Program-made: the position numbers and the translations under genes | Notes under the pieces: model-generated | The model's input: only the letters and a program-made list of their open reading frames with translations | Databases searched by the model: none | Told to the model about the DNA's origin: nothing | Shown: positions 59,446 through 64,000 of the stretch, in pieces | Position numbering within the stretch: the stretch's first letter is position 1 | Layout: each line of letters opens with the position of its first letter | DNA from: Ascoidea asiatica JCM 7603 | Taxonomy: Eukaryota > Fungi > Ascomycota | Length of the DNA stretch: 64,000 nt | Direction: 5' to 3' | Assembly (NCBI GenBank): GCA_001600695.1 | Contig: BCKQ01000004.1 | Coordinates: 1,222,255-1,286,254, forward strand

Positions 59446-60039
59446 ATGTCATTAAATTATTCAATTGGTTCAAAAAATTATAATATTTATCAAAATTCAA
59501 AAATTGATAAATTATCAACTTCTAAATCTTATAATTATTCTAATTCTTCTTTAATTAAAATAAATAAAATAAATAAAATAAATTGTATTAATTATATTGA
59601 AGAAATTGAAAAAATTGAAGAAGATAAAAAATTTAATAATTTAAAAATTAAATTTAATAATGAAATTAAAGAAATTAAAGAAAAAAAATTAAATAATAAT
59701 AATAAAGTTATTAATAATTCTAATAATTCTAATAACTCTAATAAATTTAATCTTTTAAATGAAAAATTATTTAATAGTGATAGTGATAGTGAAAATGAAA
59801 GTGATAATGATAATGAAAATGAAAATGATAATAATAACTATTCATATAATCAAGTCCATAGAAATCCAGTTAAGAAATATATATTACCAATAACCAGAGG
59901 TTATATATGTTCAAATTATAATAATTCAAATAACTATACTTCTTCAAATAATTATATTACTTCTTCTAGATATAATAATGATATTCCAAAAAATGATTCG
60001 GTTGATAATGATATTGAGAATTTCTCAAAAATATTCTAA
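59446..60039 (+). CDS. Hypothetical Asn-rich protein
   Basis: 197-codon ORF with AAAAATG context. Low complexity, no family recognised. Confidence 0.45.
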   Translation: MSLNYSIGSKNYNIYQNSKIDKLSTSKSYNYSNSSLIKINKINKINCINYIEEIEKIEEDKKFNNLKIKFNNEIKEIKEKKLNNNNKVINNSNNSNNSNKFNLLNEKLFNSDSDSENESDNDNENENDNNNYSYNQVHRNPVKKYILPITRGYICSNYNNSNNYTSSNNYITSSRYNNDIPKNDSVDNDIENFSKIF

Positions 60040-60490
60040 AATTCTTAACTTACTCTATATACCATTTCTCTTTCCCTTTATATTTAAATCTCTTTATATT
60101 TAACTCTCTTTATATTTAAATCTCTTTATATTTAACTCCCTTTATATATATACAAATACAATAATTATTCTCTTTTTCTCTTTGGTTCACCAAAAGTGTT
60201 TATTTCCTGCCAATTTGTTTCTTATCGGCGGCAATTTCAACTTCTGCGCCACTTTTGCGTTTATTTCCAGTCTTCTCAGTTCTTTTTGCGTTTGTTTTGC
60301 CTCTGCGCTGACGCTGATTCGATCTCATTTATCTTCATTTATCTTCATTTATCTCCCCTGAGATAAGAGATAAAGAGATAAAGAGAATAAAGAGAATAAA
60401 GAGAATATAAAGAAAGAAGAAGATCAGATTAATAAATAAAAGTAATCCATTGATATATCACATTATTCAAAGACAAATACATTATTCATT

Positions 60491-61345
60491 ATGATTCCAA
60501 CTAGATCTTTATATCAACATGAGATATTAGAAGCTCCTGAATATAGAAATTTATTAAGTTTTGAAACTCAATTAGATTCTCAATCAAAAGAATTTGATAT
60601 TCCTGAAAATTATTATTATGATAATAATAATGATAATGACAATGATGATGATAATAATAATAATAATAATATAGATAATCTGATTCTGGGTACTTCAAGA
60701 AATAATTCAAAATTATCTGATACTAGAAATTTATCTTTATTAGGTATTGCTGGTCCTCATACTTCAAGTATTATTTTAGGTGATCAAAAAAATTTTAATC
60801 AAGATAATGAAGATTTCATTTATAATTCATATTCTGAAACTATTATTGAATTATTATCTTCAAGAAATGAATCTAATTTATTAATTGAAGATAATATACC
60901 TAGAATTTTAAAAAATTTATCTGAAGATTTTTCTGATAATAATATTAATTCTAATAATAATATTAATACTAATGATAATAATAATAATAATAATGATAAT
61001 AATAATAATAATAATAATAATGATAATTATGATAATCCTAATAATTATAATAATTTTAATGATGAAATTTGTTATAATAATAGACCTCTTCATACTTTAT
61101 ATACAAATTCAAATTTAAAATCTAAATCTAAATCTATATCAATTAATAATCAATCAATTTCAAATTTAATATCAAAAGATTCTGAAAAATTTAAAAAATT
61201 AAAAAATACTTTTACAATTCCATTTAATTGGATTCCATGTTCAAATAATTTACTTGATTTTTCTTCTTCAAAAGTAAATTATTTTACTTCTCCTTCTTCA
61301 ATATCTTTAACTTGTTCAACTTTTAATAAATTTAATAAAAATTAT

Positions 61346-61390
<45 letters not shown>

Positions 61391-63064
61391 TTAATAGAAA
61401 TTAAAAATAATATTTATGTATTTAGAGCTGATAGAATAATACCTTCAAATATAGGTTTATTATATTTTGAAATTTTGATAGAATCTGAATTACCTGAATT
61501 AAATTGTTCAATTGGGTTTTCTTCAAAATTTAAAGATATTAAAAATGAAAAAAATGTAAATATGGATTCTTTTCAATTTAATAAATTTCCTGGTTTAAAT
61601 ACTTTTTCTTATGGTTATAATGGTTTAACAGGAAATATTTTTTCTTCAACTTCTCCAAATCCTTCTGATAATAAAACTTCAAATTATGGTTCTATTTTTG
61701 GAAAAGGTGATATTATTGGTTTTGGTATAGATTCTTTTAATGAAAATATTTTTTTTACAAAAAATGGTATTTTTCAAAATATTGCTTTTCATAATATTAA
61801 TTTTCCAATTTTACCTATAATAAGTTTTAGTTGTTCAAAATTACCAAATGATTTTCAAAATGTTGAAGTTTTTAAATCTTCTTTTGCTCCATTAAATTTT
61901 AATTTATTATCTTCTGATATTCTTGATTCAAATTCTTATCTTCTTAATACAGAAAATAATTCTAAAAATTCTTCAACTTCAAAAATGTTAGCAAGATTTT
62001 CTTTTAATTTTGGTTTTAAAGAAAAAATTTTATTAAATTTACAAAATTCAAAAACTAAAAATTATTCATCATCTAATTTTGATAAATTATTTATTTTTGA
62101 AATTGAAAATTATGTTAAAGAATTAAAAGCTAATGTTCAAAATAGTATTAATTCATTTCCATATCAAATTCCTCATAAAACAAAAATTACAAATAAACGT
62201 GAAGCAATATCTTTAATAAATTCATTATTAGCTGCTCATTTAGATGCAGAAGGTCATCCCATTTCTTGTAGTAAATTATTAGAAGAAAGTTTAATTCAAG
62301 AACCTGATTCATCATCAAATATACCTATTGAAATAACAAAAAATAATAATTATAAAAAAAATTTTGTTAATCGTACTTTTTCTGATCAACTTGTAACTAA
62401 AAATGTTATAAAAAATTATATTTTAGAAGAAAAAATTCCTGATTTATTACTTTATTTAAAAATTAATTATAAATTCAATTTTACTAATGAATCATTTATG
62501 AAAGATCAAGAAATTAAATTAAAAATAAATGATAAAAATAATTTTAATAATAGAAGTATTGATATTTATTTTAAATTAATGTGTATATCATTTATTAAAT
62601 TAATTAGAAATTATCATTATAATATATTAAGAAATAAATCAGATTTACTGAATTCTGAATTTGATAAATTAATAAGATTTTCAAAAAAATTTTCATCTGA
62701 ATTTCCTTTTAATTCTCGTCCTTTTAGAATTATCAAAGCTCTTTTTCTTTTTGTTTCTTTAGGTAAAAAAGATTTAGAATCTCTTTATAAATTAAAAATA
62801 GATTTTGATTCATTAAATTGGAATCAAATTTTTTATTTAGAAAAAATTAAATATTTGAATTTTATTTTAACTGGTAAAGGATTTAAAATGTTTAAATATT
62901 CTGTTTTGAATGATTTAAATACATATATTTCATGTCAACCGGGATTAAATCATTTAACTATAATTGATAAATTAGCTGGTGCTACAAAACTTTATTTGAA
63001 TTATCTCTCAGAAAACCAATTTTCAAAGAAAAGTCTTTTAGTTGATTTGAATAGTGAGATTTGA
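60491..63064 (+). CDS. VID30: SPRY/B30.2 plus LisH/CTLH-like protein, Vid30/Gid1 (RanBP9)-like
   Basis: RADRIIP..GLLYFEI, SIGF, FPG..SYGYNG, FGKGDIIGFG and IFFTKNG, followed by LisH-like LINSLLAAHLDAEGH. Confidence 0.65.
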
Positions 63065-64000
63065 TATTTGCTTTTTGGGGTTTGATTTTTTTTTTAACTT
63101 ATTTGAGAAATTTTATTTTCTTTCAAAAATCAGTTCATTGAAATTGATTTGTATTTTATTCAATAAAAGAAAATGGCTAAACAGGTTTATATACATATTT
63201 TATATTAGTTTTTAATAACATTCTCTTTTCTTATTTTTATTTTTATCTCTTTTTTTTTTGTCTTCCAAAGCAGTTCCATAATAAACCAAATTTATCATTC
63301 AATTTATGAAATTACTTCTCAGATTATTCTAAGGATACTGATTAGTCAATTTAGTATTAATGAAACTGATATTAATATCATCAAATTGAATTTATCGCCA
63401 AAAAAATAGAAAACATTAAAGAAATTTATTTAACTTTTGATGATTTTCTATTCCATTGATTCATTAGATTTGAAGATATGAAGGATTTTGGTTATATACT
63501 GGCTATAGTTTATTTCAAATTATTTATTAGTCAATTTTCATTGAATGAAAACTGGAGTTGATTTGAATTGAAAGAAAAAAAAATCAGTTTCATTTGGTAT
63601 TTCCATACAACTTATTCTTTATTGACAAAGGCCAGTTTTAAAGTGGATATTGAATAAAATTGATTTGATTTCTTTTTGATTACACGATCTTTTTCCAATA
63701 ACTTTTCAAAACAAATAATTTGTGAGTCAGTTCAGATATTTAATTTTTATGGAGTGAGTTTGCTTTTTACCGCAGTTCAGGAATATTTCTGAGATTTTGG
63801 CAGCTTTGCAGATTTGAATCCGCCTTGTTATTTCACTTTGCCACCTTGACGAAATGTTATAAAAGGAAGAGCAAATTCTTACTTTAATTCAATAAATAAT
63901 CAATTAATTAATTAATAAATTAATATAATAGATATTATAAAGAAATGAAATTATACTCAGCTTTAAGATTGAGAAAAGAGTATCAGACAACACTCGATAA

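Noticed and set aside
63300-63900. Possible pseudogene or LTR remnant
   Set aside because: Only short broken frames, no recognisable homology, and no TG...CA ends or target-site duplication that I could support.

Overview
Very AT-rich budding-yeast (Saccharomycotina) nuclear DNA with many Asn-rich low-complexity proteins and microsatellite-rich intergenic regions punctuated by short GC-rich promoter islands. I see about 27 protein-coding genes, including GAS4-like, TTI1, RPL5, MAE1, two near-identical PIR genes 20.6 kb apart, DLD1, HPR1/THOC1, RSM23, MET22, NAM2, OST2, ARG3, an NT-C2 protein, an RME1-like factor, a Zn2Cys6 factor, PEX30-like, PER1 and VID30/GID1-like. I found no tRNA, rRNA, transposon or CRISPR. 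The ORF track misses two structures. The first is an intron-split, strongly diverged eIF1/SUI1-family gene (58011-58394, minus) whose start-codon-sensing loop is rewritten. The second is a 3'-terminal intron in GAS4 that puts the GPI-anchor signal on a separate exon, so intron retention would give an unanchored enzyme. Other leads are ORF-restricted homogenisation of the PIR pair, a recurrent unassigned 14-bp promoter motif (ACCCNCRGAACTGG), a possible frameshift-free antizyme-like ORF, and altered N-terminal targeting in MAE1, MET22 and ARG3. All family calls come from motifs recognised by eye; no searches were run.
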